Source: Candidatus Hydrogenedentota bacterium
GTDB taxonomy: Bacteria > Hydrogenedentota > Hydrogenedentia > Hydrogenedentales > SLHB01
DNA length: 64,000 nucleotides
NCBI GenBank assembly: GCA_963668025.2
Contig: CAXXTH010000021.1
Span: 50,854 to 114,853, forward strand
Reading direction: 5' to 3'
This document shows positions 28,914 through 38,436 of this stretch, piece by piece (positions within the stretch are counted from its first letter, which is position 1; each line of letters opens with the position of its first letter). The notes beneath the pieces are model-generated. The model saw only the letters and a program-made list of their open reading frames with translations, was not told the DNA's origin and searched no databases. The translations under genes and the position numbers were made by a program.

Positions 28914-30194
28914 TTATAGGCCTAGATGCTTGAGCGCTTTGCTGCCGATATCGTTGCGATAGTGGGCATCTTCGAAGTGGATGCATCGCACGGCGGCATA
29001 CGCGGCGTCAATCGCCTTGGGAATTGTTTCACCACAAGCGGTGACATTGAGGACGCGGCCGCCGTTGGTCACGACACGCCCGTTATCCCAGGCCGTGCCC
29101 GCATGGAACACCATAGCAGCACCCTCCCGCTGGGCGTCATCGAGCCCTTCGATGGGCTTGCCTTTTTGGTATGGGCCTGGATAACCGCCGGAGGCCATGA
29201 CGACCGTGACACAGGCGTCTTGCGTCCATTCGATCTGGATCTGGTCCAGGGAGCCATTGGTGCAGGCGACGAAAACGGGGATGATATCGGACTTCATTCG
29301 GGGCAGGACGACTTGGGTCTCGGGATCGCCGAACCGGCAATTGAACTCGATGACTTTTGGGCCGTTCACAGTCATCATGAGCCCGGCGTACAACACGCCT
29401 GCATACGGAGCTCCTTCCGAGGCCATGGCGTCAACGGTTGGTTGCAAGATGGTGCGCTGGATTTCGGCGCACCATTCAGGCGTGACGACCGGCGCGGGCG
29501 AATAGGCCCCCATGCCACCCGTGTTCGGGCCTTCATCGCCATCGAATACGGGCTTATGGTCTTGGCTGGTGGCCATGGGCACCACGGTACGGCCATCGGT
29601 GAAGGCCAGTATGGACGCTTCTTCCCCTTCGAGATATTCCTCGATGATGATGCGCGAGCCTGCTTCGCCGAATGCTCGGTCGAGCATGGCCTGGCAGATC
29701 GCGTTCACGGCGGCATTCACATCACGCGCCACGGTGACGCCTTTGCCCGCGGCCAGTCCATCGGCCTTGACGACCACGGGCGCCCCGCGATCTTTCACAT
29801 AGGCGATAGCCTCTTCCGCGTCCGAGAATTCCGCATAGGCCCCGGTGGGGATGCCATATTTCATCATCAGGCGTTTGGCGAATGATTTGCTCGATTCGAG
29901 CTGGGCGGCGGCGGCGCGGGGGCCGAAAACCATGAGCCCTTCTTCGTGGAACCGGTCAACGATGCCGTGGGCCAAGGGGTCTTCCGGCCCTACGATGACT
30001 AAGCCAATCTGCTTATCCCGTGTAAACTGAACGAGCCCATCAAAGTCTTGGGTGCTGATGGCGATGCATTCTGCTTGCTGGGCAATGCCCGCATTGCCCG
30101 GGGCGCAATAGACTTTGCCCACCATAGGGCTTTGGGCGATTTTCCACACGAGGGCATACTCGCGCCCGCCACTTCCGATCACTAAAACGTCCAC
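28914..30194 (-). CDS. purD: Phosphoribosylamine--glycine ligase
   Basis: GSGGRE, KADGLAAGKGV, GPNTGGMG, RFGDPE, GGRVL. Confidence 0.97.
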   Translation of the reverse strand: MDVLVIGSGGREYALVWKIAQSPMVGKVYCAPGNAGIAQQAECIAISTQDFDGLVQFTRDKQIGLVIVGPEDPLAHGIVDRFHEEGLMVFGPRAAAAQLESSKSFAKRLMMKYGIPTGAYAEFSDAEEAIAYVKDRGAPVVVKADGLAAGKGVTVARDVNAAVNAICQAMLDRAFGEAGSRIIIEEYLEGEEASILAFTDGRTVVPMATSQDHKPVFDGDEGPNTGGMGAYSPAPVVTPEWCAEIQRTILQPTVDAMASEGAPYAGVLYAGLMMTVNGPKVIEFNCRFGDPETQVVLPRMKSDIIPVFVACTNGSLDQIQIEWTQDACVTVVMASGGYPGPYQKGKPIEGLDDAQREGAAMVFHAGTAWDNGRVVTNGGRVLNVTACGETIPKAIDAAYAAVRCIHFEDAHYRNDIGSKALKHLGL

Positions 30195-30248
30195 CGAAAC
30201 CTCCTCGAATGCCGCATCTGCTTTTTGAGTCCAGGCCGGCTAAGCCTG

Positions 30249-30848
30249 TTATGCGCGCGCCAGCGCTAAATAATCCGCGATTACTTGGTCATAATGGGCC
30301 GTGCATGCGAATGCTTCCTGCGCCAGCAAAAAACGCGTGGGGTAGGTCACCGCGCCATTATGCGCGCGCATCTCGTGCATGATGGCGCTGTACCGTTCTG
30401 GATTGACGACCACCGTGACATACCGGAAATTTTTCGCGGCGGACCGAAGCATGGTCGCGCCGCCGATGTCGATTTGCTCGATGACTTCATCCATGGTAAT
30501 GCCCGGCTGTTGGACAAGGGATTCGACGGGATGGAGATTCACCACGACCAAGTCTATCCATTTATAGTCGTCCGCTTGAAGCTGCTCGCAATGGATCTTG
30601 TTGTCGCGGATGCCGAGGAGGCCGGCATGGACCTTTGGATGCAACGATTTAACCCGGCCATCCATCATTTCTTGTACGCCAGTAAAATCGGCGATGCTCA
30701 CGGCGTGGACGCCCGCCTCGTGCAACACTTTAAGCGTGCCTGCGGTGCTGATGATCTCGACGCCATATTCAGCCAGCAATTTCGCGAGTTCCACGATGCC
30801 GGTTTTATCATGACAGCTAATGATGGCGCGGCTGATGGTTCTCATCAT
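30249..30848 (-). CDS. Stand-alone IMP cyclohydrolase (N-terminal half of PurH)
   Basis: RAIISCHDKTG, GRVKSLHPKVHAG, IDIGG, RSAAKN; stops where the AICAR transformylase domain would begin. Confidence 0.88.
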   Translation of the reverse strand: MMRTISRAIISCHDKTGIVELAKLLAEYGVEIISTAGTLKVLHEAGVHAVSIADFTGVQEMMDGRVKSLHPKVHAGLLGIRDNKIHCEQLQADDYKWIDLVVVNLHPVESLVQQPGITMDEVIEQIDIGGATMLRSAAKNFRYVTVVVNPERYSAIMHEMRAHNGAVTYPTRFLLAQEAFACTAHYDQVIADYLALARA

Positions 30849-31061
30849 TGTGCCTCCTGCAATCCTGCGCAAACGCCTGTCCGCTCCACTAGCGGGCCAA
30901 CTATCATAGCGCGTTTCGATCCAAAAATGAACTTAAAATCTTTCTCTCAAGAACCGGGTGGTTGACCTGCCAAGATGGGGCCACTACACTATCGAGCGGG
31001 CGCTGGCCTCTGGTGAGGCTGGAGTGCAGCATGTGTGTGATTCGCGGAAGGAGAGCATTCC

Positions 31062-31943
31062 ATGTATGTGTCGATTCGTGATTGCATGGTGGCGGGGGAG
31101 GAGTTTTCGAGCCCCGTCGAGGGCATGCGCCGGTTGGGCATTGAAGCGGTCGAACTCGAACTGCGCCCGGATTATTCGGTGTACGCCATGGATTCGCGGG
31201 AGCTGGTGTCCCTGAACACGGATGCAGACGCCAAAGCGTATAAGAAGCACCTGGACAGCCTCGGGATTCGGGGTTGCTGTTTGTTGACGTTTTATGATTT
31301 CACCGTGGATGATGTCGAGAAAGGCATCGCGTTTTTGGCGCGGGCGGTCGAACTGGCGGATATGCTGGGTATGGCGAGCATTCGGGTGGATCCGGCCATG
31401 CGGCGCGAGCGCGAATTGGATTTTGAAACGCGGGTGCGGCTGTTCGCCCAGGCATGGGGAGGAGCCATCGAACGCACGGCGGGTACGAAGGTGGCCCTTG
31501 GCATCGAGAATCATGGATTTCAAGGCAACAATCTGGCCTTCCAACTAAACATATACAAGCTCATCAACTCGGAGCGTATGGGCTCGACGATGGATACGGG
31601 CAATTTCTATTGGCGCGGGTATCCATTATCTGAAATATATGGCATTTTGAATATTCTCGCGCCATATGCGAAGCACACCCATCTGAAGAACATCAAGTAT
31701 CCGGTGGAAACACGTGAAACGATCCGGGAGGCGGGATGGGAGTATATGGCCTACGTCGCGCCGCTGGATGAAGGCGATATCGAGCACGCAAAGGTGGCGC
31801 GGCTGCTTGCCGACGCGGGATACCAGGGCGATCTATGCATCGAAGACGAATCGCTCGGTAAATTCGCCCCTGGAGAAGAACGCATTGCCGTGCTCGAACG
31901 CGATGTCGCCCATGTGAAAGGGATCATCGCGGCAATAGGCTGA
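31062..31943 (+). CDS. Sugar phosphate isomerase/epimerase (xylose-isomerase-like TIM barrel)
   Basis: IENHG, DTGNF, HTHLK, CIE metal-binding motifs. Confidence 0.85.
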   Translation: MYVSIRDCMVAGEEFSSPVEGMRRLGIEAVELELRPDYSVYAMDSRELVSLNTDADAKAYKKHLDSLGIRGCCLLTFYDFTVDDVEKGIAFLARAVELADMLGMASIRVDPAMRRERELDFETRVRLFAQAWGGAIERTAGTKVALGIENHGFQGNNLAFQLNIYKLINSERMGSTMDTGNFYWRGYPLSEIYGILNILAPYAKHTHLKNIKYPVETRETIREAGWEYMAYVAPLDEGDIEHAKVARLLADAGYQGDLCIEDESLGKFAPGEERIAVLERDVAHVKGIIAAIG

Positions 31944-31984
31944 GCCCCGAATCACCGGATAAGAGAAAAGAGAGATGCACTTTC

Positions 31985-32034
31985 CGTGGCATGGCCGTCC
32001 CGGCCATGCGCATGGGCGAGACGACCATGCCACG
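31985..32034. repeat. REP doublet, copy 3
   Basis: CGTGGCATGGCCGTCCCGGCCATG-CG-CATGGGCGAGACGACCATGCCACG. Confidence 0.85.
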
Positions 32035-32203
32035 GGATCTCACCACATAGGTAAAATGGATAATGACTGCATCGTGAGATGAATGAGCGTGAATGTATGT
32101 GGTATTTGTATGCACACGCCTACACACACCGTATTTCCCCGGTGATTAGGATTGAGTGGAGTCTATGCAGGGCCAGGTGTCAGCATAACATCCGGCAGGT
32201 TTT

Positions 32204-32602
32204 TCAGAAATCTTCGAGCGATTCCTGCCGGTGTAGGCCTACGCTATCCGCGATTTCCTGTTCAGCTTTGTCGGTATCAGGCGCATTGTATAGCACCAGT
32301 TTGTGTAAATGCGCGAGGCTGTCGGGGTCCGTTTCCGTGAACTCGATGGCGATTCCCGCCGCATCCGAACGGACGACCTTGCCTTGGGCTTCCGCACGAA
32401 TGGATTCCGCGCCGCCCTCGAGTAGCAAGAGTACTTGGCATGTGGAGCCTATGGGAGCTAGTGTATCCGTAGCCAGAAATACTCCCTTTATGCTGATGTC
32501 CCGGAGGGTGCCTAGGATGGGATTTCCGGTTCCTGCAGTTAGGCGCACTTCGATGTGCACCGGAGAGCGGGAGAACTCCCGCCGGTTTGCATTTGCGTCC
32601 AT
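32204..32602 (-). CDS. PilZ domain protein
   Basis: RREFSR (RxxxR) and DISIKG (DxSxxG). Confidence 0.88.
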   Translation of the reverse strand: MDANANRREFSRSPVHIEVRLTAGTGNPILGTLRDISIKGVFLATDTLAPIGSTCQVLLLLEGGAESIRAEAQGKVVRSDAAGIAIEFTETDPDSLAHLHKLVLYNAPDTDKAEQEIADSVGLHRQESLEDF

Positions 32603-32790
32603 ATCCGCTGCCTCCCCTGTATATAAGCCGCCCAAGCTAACTCTATTCTAACACGGCGTCCTCACTATCCCAAAGAGCGAAATCACCGGGGCAATCGTAT
32701 TAAAAAGTCGCACTTTTCTTTCTCGTCAGAGTATTAGTGTTTGTTTGTCAGAACATATCTGAAATGTCACTTTCCATATTCCGGAGAATG

Positions 32791-32855
32791 AGCCACAAAA
32801 GGCGCAAAAGATACAAAAATGAATAGGCTCTTGCGTCTTTTGTGCTTCTTGAGGC
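32791..32855. repeat. Inverted triple-unit element (CAAAAG)
   Basis: GCCACAAAAGGCGCAAAAGATACAAAA ... TCTTGCGTCTTTTGTGCTTCTTGAGGC. Confidence 0.7.
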
Positions 32856-32914
32856 CAATTCGGGTTGTTTTTTATGTGATCACTTTAGCGAAATCACATC
32901 CAGAAGAGTGCGCT

Positions 32915-33634
32915 TTATGCCCGCTGGCGCGCCAAAAAACGCTCGACGAAAGGTGTCGCTGGCGCATGCTGCAATTCGTCTGGCGCGCCAATCTGATGGC
33001 ATTGGCCGTCTTGAAGCACGGCGATGCGATGGGCCAGCTCGATGGCCTCTTCCTGATCATGCGTGACATACACGGCGGTGAACCCGAGGCGCCGTTGAAG
33101 CTCCGCGAGCTGGGCGCGAGTGCTATACCGCAATTCGGCGTCAAGATTGCTCAGCGGTTCATCCAGCAGCAATATCTCCGGCCGGACCGCCAGCGCCCGA
33201 GCCAGCGCGACGCGTTGCTGCTGGCCTCCGCTCAATTCGGACACTTGGCGTTCGCCCATGCCCTCGAGCTGCACCAAGGCCAGGGCCTCTTCGACTCGAG
33301 TGGCAATCTCGCGCCGGGGGACGCCCCGGGCGCGCGGGCCATACGCCACATTGCCAAAGACATCCAGATGGGGGAAAAGGGCGTAATTTTGAAACACCAG
33401 CGCAGCATTGCGGCGTTCCGGGGGCAGATGCGTCACCTCATGGCCATTTATCCAGACCGAGCCTTCCGAGGGCCTTTCGAGTCCCGCAGCCACGCGCAAG
33501 GTAGTGGTTTTGCCGCAGCCGCTTGGGCCAAGAATCGCGAAAAACTCACCTTGCTCGATGGAGCAGGTGAAATCGCGAATCCCGCCGCCACCGGCGTACA
33601 TGCAGGTGATCCCGTTAAAACGCAGGCTGCTCAT
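32915..33634 (-). CDS. ABC transporter ATP-binding protein (FbpC/PotA-like, short)
   Basis: GPSGCGKT, LSGGQQQR, LLLDEP, VTHD; ATGA overlap with the solute-binding gene. Confidence 0.93.
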   Translation of the reverse strand: MSSLRFNGITCMYAGGGGIRDFTCSIEQGEFFAILGPSGCGKTTTLRVAAGLERPSEGSVWINGHEVTHLPPERRNAALVFQNYALFPHLDVFGNVAYGPRARGVPRREIATRVEEALALVQLEGMGERQVSELSGGQQQRVALARALAVRPEILLLDEPLSNLDAELRYSTRAQLAELQRRLGFTAVYVTHDQEEAIELAHRIAVLQDGQCHQIGAPDELQHAPATPFVERFLARQRA

Positions 33635-34623
33635 GGGGCTTGGTATACCTCCTTCACCCAGCGTTCGCACCATTCCTGTTCATGTGCGGCGAAGGCGTTC
33701 CAATCGATTTGCATAGGCTCGAGGGGAAGGGAGGCCGCCGGAGGCAGGGTGGCGGGGTCGAGATCCTTACGCACGGGGATTTTTGCATACGCGTGGGCCT
33801 GGTGGGCCAGCGATTCGGGTGATGTCACGAACTCGTAAAATTTTCGCGCCCAATCCGGATGTGGCGCTCCTTTGAGGATAGCGATGCCCTCGAGTATGGA
33901 TGGCGCTCCGGGCGGCACGATACAGTCGAAGGGATATTGGTTGCGTTCGCGCTGAAGCGTGACATCCGGCGCGAGCCATACGGTCACCAGTTCGCCGCGC
34001 CGCTTGATATGGTCAAACAGGAATTGGGGCGATTCTTCATACGATTCCGTATGGGCATGGAGTTTTCTAAGCCATTCCAGTCCGGCGTCGACGGAAGGCT
34101 GTCGCATGATCATGGCATAGAGGAAGGTGCGCAATGTCCCAGAAGACATGGGTTTGCGGAGGGTGAGCTTGCCTTGCCATTTGGGTTCGATTAGCTCATC
34201 CCATGTCTGCGGAGCGGTCTGCTTGGTATATACCGTGTTATTGAACAATATGGCTAAGGGAGAACGGAAGATGGCGTACCAGCGGTCCTCGGGATCCCGG
34301 CAATCCGCATCAACGGCATTTGCCCAAGTGGGGCGGTAGGAATCGAGGAGCCCATCGCTGGCGGCCTGGATAAACATGCTCAAGGGAGCGCCCCACCAGA
34401 TATCGCCTTGGGGGCGGGCCGATTCCGCTTTCACCCGGGCGTACACATCCTGAGCGCCCATGTCGAGCACCTGGACATCCACTTCTGGGTAGGCCGCTTC
34501 AAAGCGGGCCTCGTAGTCGCCCAAGACTTCTGGGCCGTGCGGACTATAGATTACAACGGTGTCACGCGGGGCGGAACACCCCGCAAGCATGCCCAGCAGC
34601 CAAATCCACTTCAAAAAGCGCAT
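33631..34623 (-). CDS. ABC transporter solute-binding lipoprotein (Fe3+/polyamine class)
   Basis: Lipobox LAGC, DIWWG, PQTWDEL, SSGT. Confidence 0.88.
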   Translation of the reverse strand: MRFLKWIWLLGMLAGCSAPRDTVVIYSPHGPEVLGDYEARFEAAYPEVDVQVLDMGAQDVYARVKAESARPQGDIWWGAPLSMFIQAASDGLLDSYRPTWANAVDADCRDPEDRWYAIFRSPLAILFNNTVYTKQTAPQTWDELIEPKWQGKLTLRKPMSSGTLRTFLYAMIMRQPSVDAGLEWLRKLHAHTESYEESPQFLFDHIKRRGELVTVWLAPDVTLQRERNQYPFDCIVPPGAPSILEGIAILKGAPHPDWARKFYEFVTSPESLAHQAHAYAKIPVRKDLDPATLPPAASLPLEPMQIDWNAFAAHEQEWCERWVKEVYQAP

Positions 34624-34783
34624 TACAGGCCTCCTGTTGATGCGCCCATTGTGTCACAAGCAATGGTTTGTGGCAAGAAGAGGGCCTTGAAATGTGAATC
34701 CATTGCCCAAACATGCTATACTCCGCTCTTATGTGCGTGAATCGCCCGAAATTCAGGAAAGCCGTAAACTTGAGGATTACAGG

Positions 34784-35764
34784 ATGATACGTTCGCGCAT
34801 CATTGGCACGGGTAGCTATCTTCCCGAAAAGGTTCTCACGAATCATGATCTGGAGAAGCTGACCGATACGAATGACGAATGGATTCGGCAACGGACGGGG
34901 ATCGAGCAACGCCATGTAGTCGCTGAGGGCGAAGGCACCTCGGATTTGGGCGCGCGCGCCGCATTGCGGGCTATCGAATCGGCGGGCATCAAGCCGTCGG
35001 ATATCGATTTGGTGGTTTGCAGCACCATGACGCCCGACTATGTGTTTCCCTCGGCGTCTTGCCTGATCCAGCATAAAATTGGCGCTCATCATGCGGCCGC
35101 GGTTGATGTGCAAGCGGCATGTACGGGCTTCATTTATGGCTTATCCGTGACGGACGCCTTTATCCGGGCCGGAATATATAAGACCATCCTGCTGGTGGGC
35201 GCGGATATCATGTCCAACCGGTTGATTTGGGAGAACCGTGACACGGCGGTGTTGTTTGGCGATGGCGCGGGGGCCGTGGTCGTGCGTGGAGAAAAAAGCC
35301 CGCATGGCGTGTTATCGACGTTTCTTGCCGCGGATGGCGGCCACCTCGATATGTTTTATGTGCCATCAGGAGGCTCGAAAAACATTCTTCGCCCCGAGAC
35401 GATAGCGAAGATGGACCTTTCCATTATTATGAAGGGCCGGGAATTATTTAAAAAGGCGGTCAGTTCGTTTTCGGAAGCCGCTCAAAAGGCGCTCGAAGCA
35501 ACGGGCATGTCTATTGAGGATGTAGACCTTATTGTGCCGCACCAGGCCAACACACGCATAATTTATAGTTTTTCTGATAAACTAGGCGTGCCGCGCGAGA
35601 AGGTATTCGTGAATATTCAGAAAGTAGGCAACACCGTGGCCGCCACCATTCCCATTGCGCTAGACGACGCAGTTCGCGCAGGCAGTCTCAAGCAAGGGAA
35701 TATCGCCTTGCTGCTGGCCTTTGGCGCGGGGCTCACATGGGGCTCGGCCATGGTGCGATGGTAG
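34784..35764 (+). CDS. fabH: 3-oxoacyl-ACP synthase III
   Basis: AACTGF, LFGDGAGA, PHQAN, GNT, FGAGLTWG. Confidence 0.96.
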   Translation: MIRSRIIGTGSYLPEKVLTNHDLEKLTDTNDEWIRQRTGIEQRHVVAEGEGTSDLGARAALRAIESAGIKPSDIDLVVCSTMTPDYVFPSASCLIQHKIGAHHAAAVDVQAACTGFIYGLSVTDAFIRAGIYKTILLVGADIMSNRLIWENRDTAVLFGDGAGAVVVRGEKSPHGVLSTFLAADGGHLDMFYVPSGGSKNILRPETIAKMDLSIIMKGRELFKKAVSSFSEAAQKALEATGMSIEDVDLIVPHQANTRIIYSFSDKLGVPREKVFVNIQKVGNTVAATIPIALDDAVRAGSLKQGNIALLLAFGAGLTWGSAMVRW

Positions 35765-35849
35765 AGCCCGCCTCGGCCGCCCTCTAGAACGCGGCGGCCC
35801 CGGCATAATGGGCCTTCAGGCCCGAGAAGGAAAGTGGAGAGCCAGGTAC

Positions 35850-37214
35850 TTGAGCACAATTGCATTGAAAGCGCTGGGGAACGGACCCGAAATTGGAGCA
35901 AATAGCTATTTAGTCACATCAGAAGCAGGCCAAGTGCTGCTCGATTGCGGCCTGCATCCCAAAAAAGATGGGCTGGAGGCCCTTCCCGCTCTAGGCCAGT
36001 TAGATGCGCCGCCCCTCGCTGTTATCGTGTCTCATGCTCATATTGACCACTGTGGCGCGGTGCCGCGCTTGCTTAAAGCCTTTCCCTCGACCGAGTGTTA
36101 TGCCACCCAGCCCACGCTGAGCATCATGGACCGCATGCTGCACAACAGCGTTTCGGTGATGGGAACGTTAGCGTTGGAGCGTGGTATTTCTGGTTATCCG
36201 CTTTATTCGCATGGCGATGTGGAAAACGCCTTGAGGCGGGCATATGGGCTGGGCATGGGGCATGAGTTCTCTTTATCATGGGAAAGCCCCATTCGTGCGG
36301 CTTTCCATCCAAACGGCCATGTGCTGGGAAGCGCAAGCATTTTGTTGCGGATACCTGGCCACACGCTGTTGTATTCGGGCGATGTCTGCGTGTCGGAGCA
36401 GGAACTCATGGGTGGGTTGTCGCCTCTGAGTGATGCGGGCGTGGACACCTTGATGATCGAATGCACTCGAGGCTCCCATGTGGAAGGGCCGCACATCACG
36501 CTGCAAGCGGAAGTGCGCAAACTCTGTAAAGAGATAAAGGCCGTGCTGCTTCAAGGCGGCGTGGCGCTTGTGCCGTCATTCGCCCTCGGGCGCACCCAGG
36601 AAATCCTCAATATCCTCGCCCGGCTGCAAGAAAATGGGAAACTGCCGGATGTGCCTATCTACGCTTCGGGCCTCGGGCGGGCTGTCTACGAAGTATATTC
36701 AAAGTACACGGAATACCTTAAACCTACGGCGGAACTACGCCCCCTCCAAGGATTCAAGCGCATCGGCGATGTCTGGGAACGCAATGTACGGCGGGATTTA
36801 TTAAAATCGCCGTGTATTATCGTGGCCACCTCGGGCATGATGATGGAAAACACGCCTTCGGCCATGCTCGCCCAGGATCTGGTGCGGAATGAACGCCATG
36901 GCATTTTCTTCGTAGGCTACCTTGATCCGGACACCTTAGGCCACAAGCTCCTGCATGCCAAGAAGGGGGAACAGCTTACCTTTGAAGTGAGCGGGCAGCC
37001 CATCGAGATTGTGCTCGAAAACAGGCAGCGCTTTCATTTTAGCGCCCACGCCCACCGGGAGCATTTAAGGTGGATCATTGAAAAAGTGAATCCCCGCAAC
37101 GTGGTCTTTGTTCATGGTGACAAAGACGCTATTCAATGGATGTATGACAATTGCCCGGGCCATATGCGCAAGTTCATCCCGGCGCCTGGTGAAGAGCTGC
37201 TTATCGATGTCTGA
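35850..37214 (+). CDS. MBL-fold beta-CASP ribonuclease
   Basis: SHAHIDH, GHVLGS, YSGD, FALGRTQE, FSAHA, VHG; start approximate. Confidence 0.88.
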   Translation: MSTIALKALGNGPEIGANSYLVTSEAGQVLLDCGLHPKKDGLEALPALGQLDAPPLAVIVSHAHIDHCGAVPRLLKAFPSTECYATQPTLSIMDRMLHNSVSVMGTLALERGISGYPLYSHGDVENALRRAYGLGMGHEFSLSWESPIRAAFHPNGHVLGSASILLRIPGHTLLYSGDVCVSEQELMGGLSPLSDAGVDTLMIECTRGSHVEGPHITLQAEVRKLCKEIKAVLLQGGVALVPSFALGRTQEILNILARLQENGKLPDVPIYASGLGRAVYEVYSKYTEYLKPTAELRPLQGFKRIGDVWERNVRRDLLKSPCIIVATSGMMMENTPSAMLAQDLVRNERHGIFFVGYLDPDTLGHKLLHAKKGEQLTFEVSGQPIEIVLENRQRFHFSAHAHREHLRWIIEKVNPRNVVFVHGDKDAIQWMYDNCPGHMRKFIPAPGEELLIDV

Positions 37215-38187
37215 AGTTCCTAACCGGCCATCCTATGTTCCTCATCGTTTGGGGGTTGCGCACTGGATAATTGCTTCTATGTGCATTGCCCTCGGCCGGT
37301 TAACCGTGTTTTTTCCTTTGCCGGCATGCCGCTGGCTGGGCAGATTCCTCGGCGGATTGTCGTATTGGATTATCCCGCGTATCCGGAGTGTTGCGCTATC
37401 CAATCTTGATCTAGCTTATGGCGAGTCCTTGCCTCGTGCGGATAAGGTGCGTATCGCAAAGAGCGCGGCGCGGAATGCGGGGATTGTGGGGGGGGAGTTT
37501 ACCCGGATCGCTTTGTTGGAAGAGGATTTTGTCAATCGGCATGTGCGGTTCAAGGGGCTAGAGTATATCGAACCGGAACGGGGCTGCGTGCTCATGGGCG
37601 CTCATTTAGGCAATTGGGAATGGATGGCCCCAGCGATGCGCATCAAACACCCCAAAATGGCCGAGATAGTCCGCCCCATGGACGAGCCGCGTTTGCGAGT
37701 GTTTGTTGATCGGACGCGCACCTCAACCGGCATGCTTACGATTCCAAAAGCGGGAGCGGGGCGTGAGATTGTTCGTTTGCTTCGGGAAGGATATGCAATT
37801 GGCATCCTGATCGATCAAAGCCCCCGCGAGAATGGCGTACCCGTGTGTTTCTTCGGACAGCCCTGTTGGGGAACGATTGCCCCCGTGATGGCCGCCGTCC
37901 GCGCCCATGCCCCTATTATACCCATTTCCATGATTCGTGAGCCTGGCGGCGACTATACGATTGAGCTGCATCCGCCCGTGGCAATGGTGCGGACCCACGA
38001 TCTGCGCCATGACATCGTCGAAAACTCCCAGCGCTGCCAAGATGTGATTGAAGGCATGGTCCGGAAGCATCCCGAGCAATGGCTCTGGCTGCACCGCCGA
38101 TGGAAGCCGCGTCCCTTGCTCGAAGCGGAATGGGCGAACCGCATCCAAAAAGACCGTCCGGTTAAAAACGAATCTCTTCCTGAATGA
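37207..38187 (+). CDS. Lipid A late acyltransferase (LpxL/HtrB family)
   Basis: AHLGNWE, LIDQ, HPEQWLWLHRRWK. Confidence 0.9.
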   Translation: MSEVPNRPSYVPHRLGVAHWIIASMCIALGRLTVFFPLPACRWLGRFLGGLSYWIIPRIRSVALSNLDLAYGESLPRADKVRIAKSAARNAGIVGGEFTRIALLEEDFVNRHVRFKGLEYIEPERGCVLMGAHLGNWEWMAPAMRIKHPKMAEIVRPMDEPRLRVFVDRTRTSTGMLTIPKAGAGREIVRLLREGYAIGILIDQSPRENGVPVCFFGQPCWGTIAPVMAAVRAHAPIIPISMIREPGGDYTIELHPPVAMVRTHDLRHDIVENSQRCQDVIEGMVRKHPEQWLWLHRRWKPRPLLEAEWANRIQKDRPVKNESLPE

Positions 38188-38436
38188 AGGGAAGAGATGG
38201 CGTATTCATGCCGGCTTCCTCATGAAGATATCCTGTCTTTTTGAAATGTCTGTTCATATCTCGTATTCTTGAAAAAACGTGAAAGACAAAGAAAGCGGTG
38301 CTGGAGTATAGCGCGGCGATATGGGCGGTCAAATTCATTTCTAAGGATAGCTTACATATCAGCCGGATATTGAGTTTTCTGAGGAGTGATCGCAGGGGTA
38401 GCGGACGCAGGCATATTACAAAGGGAGGCTCTCGCC

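Noticed and set aside
30849-31061. ZTP riboswitch upstream of purH
   Set aside because: The conserved ZTP motifs are not visible on the minus strand.
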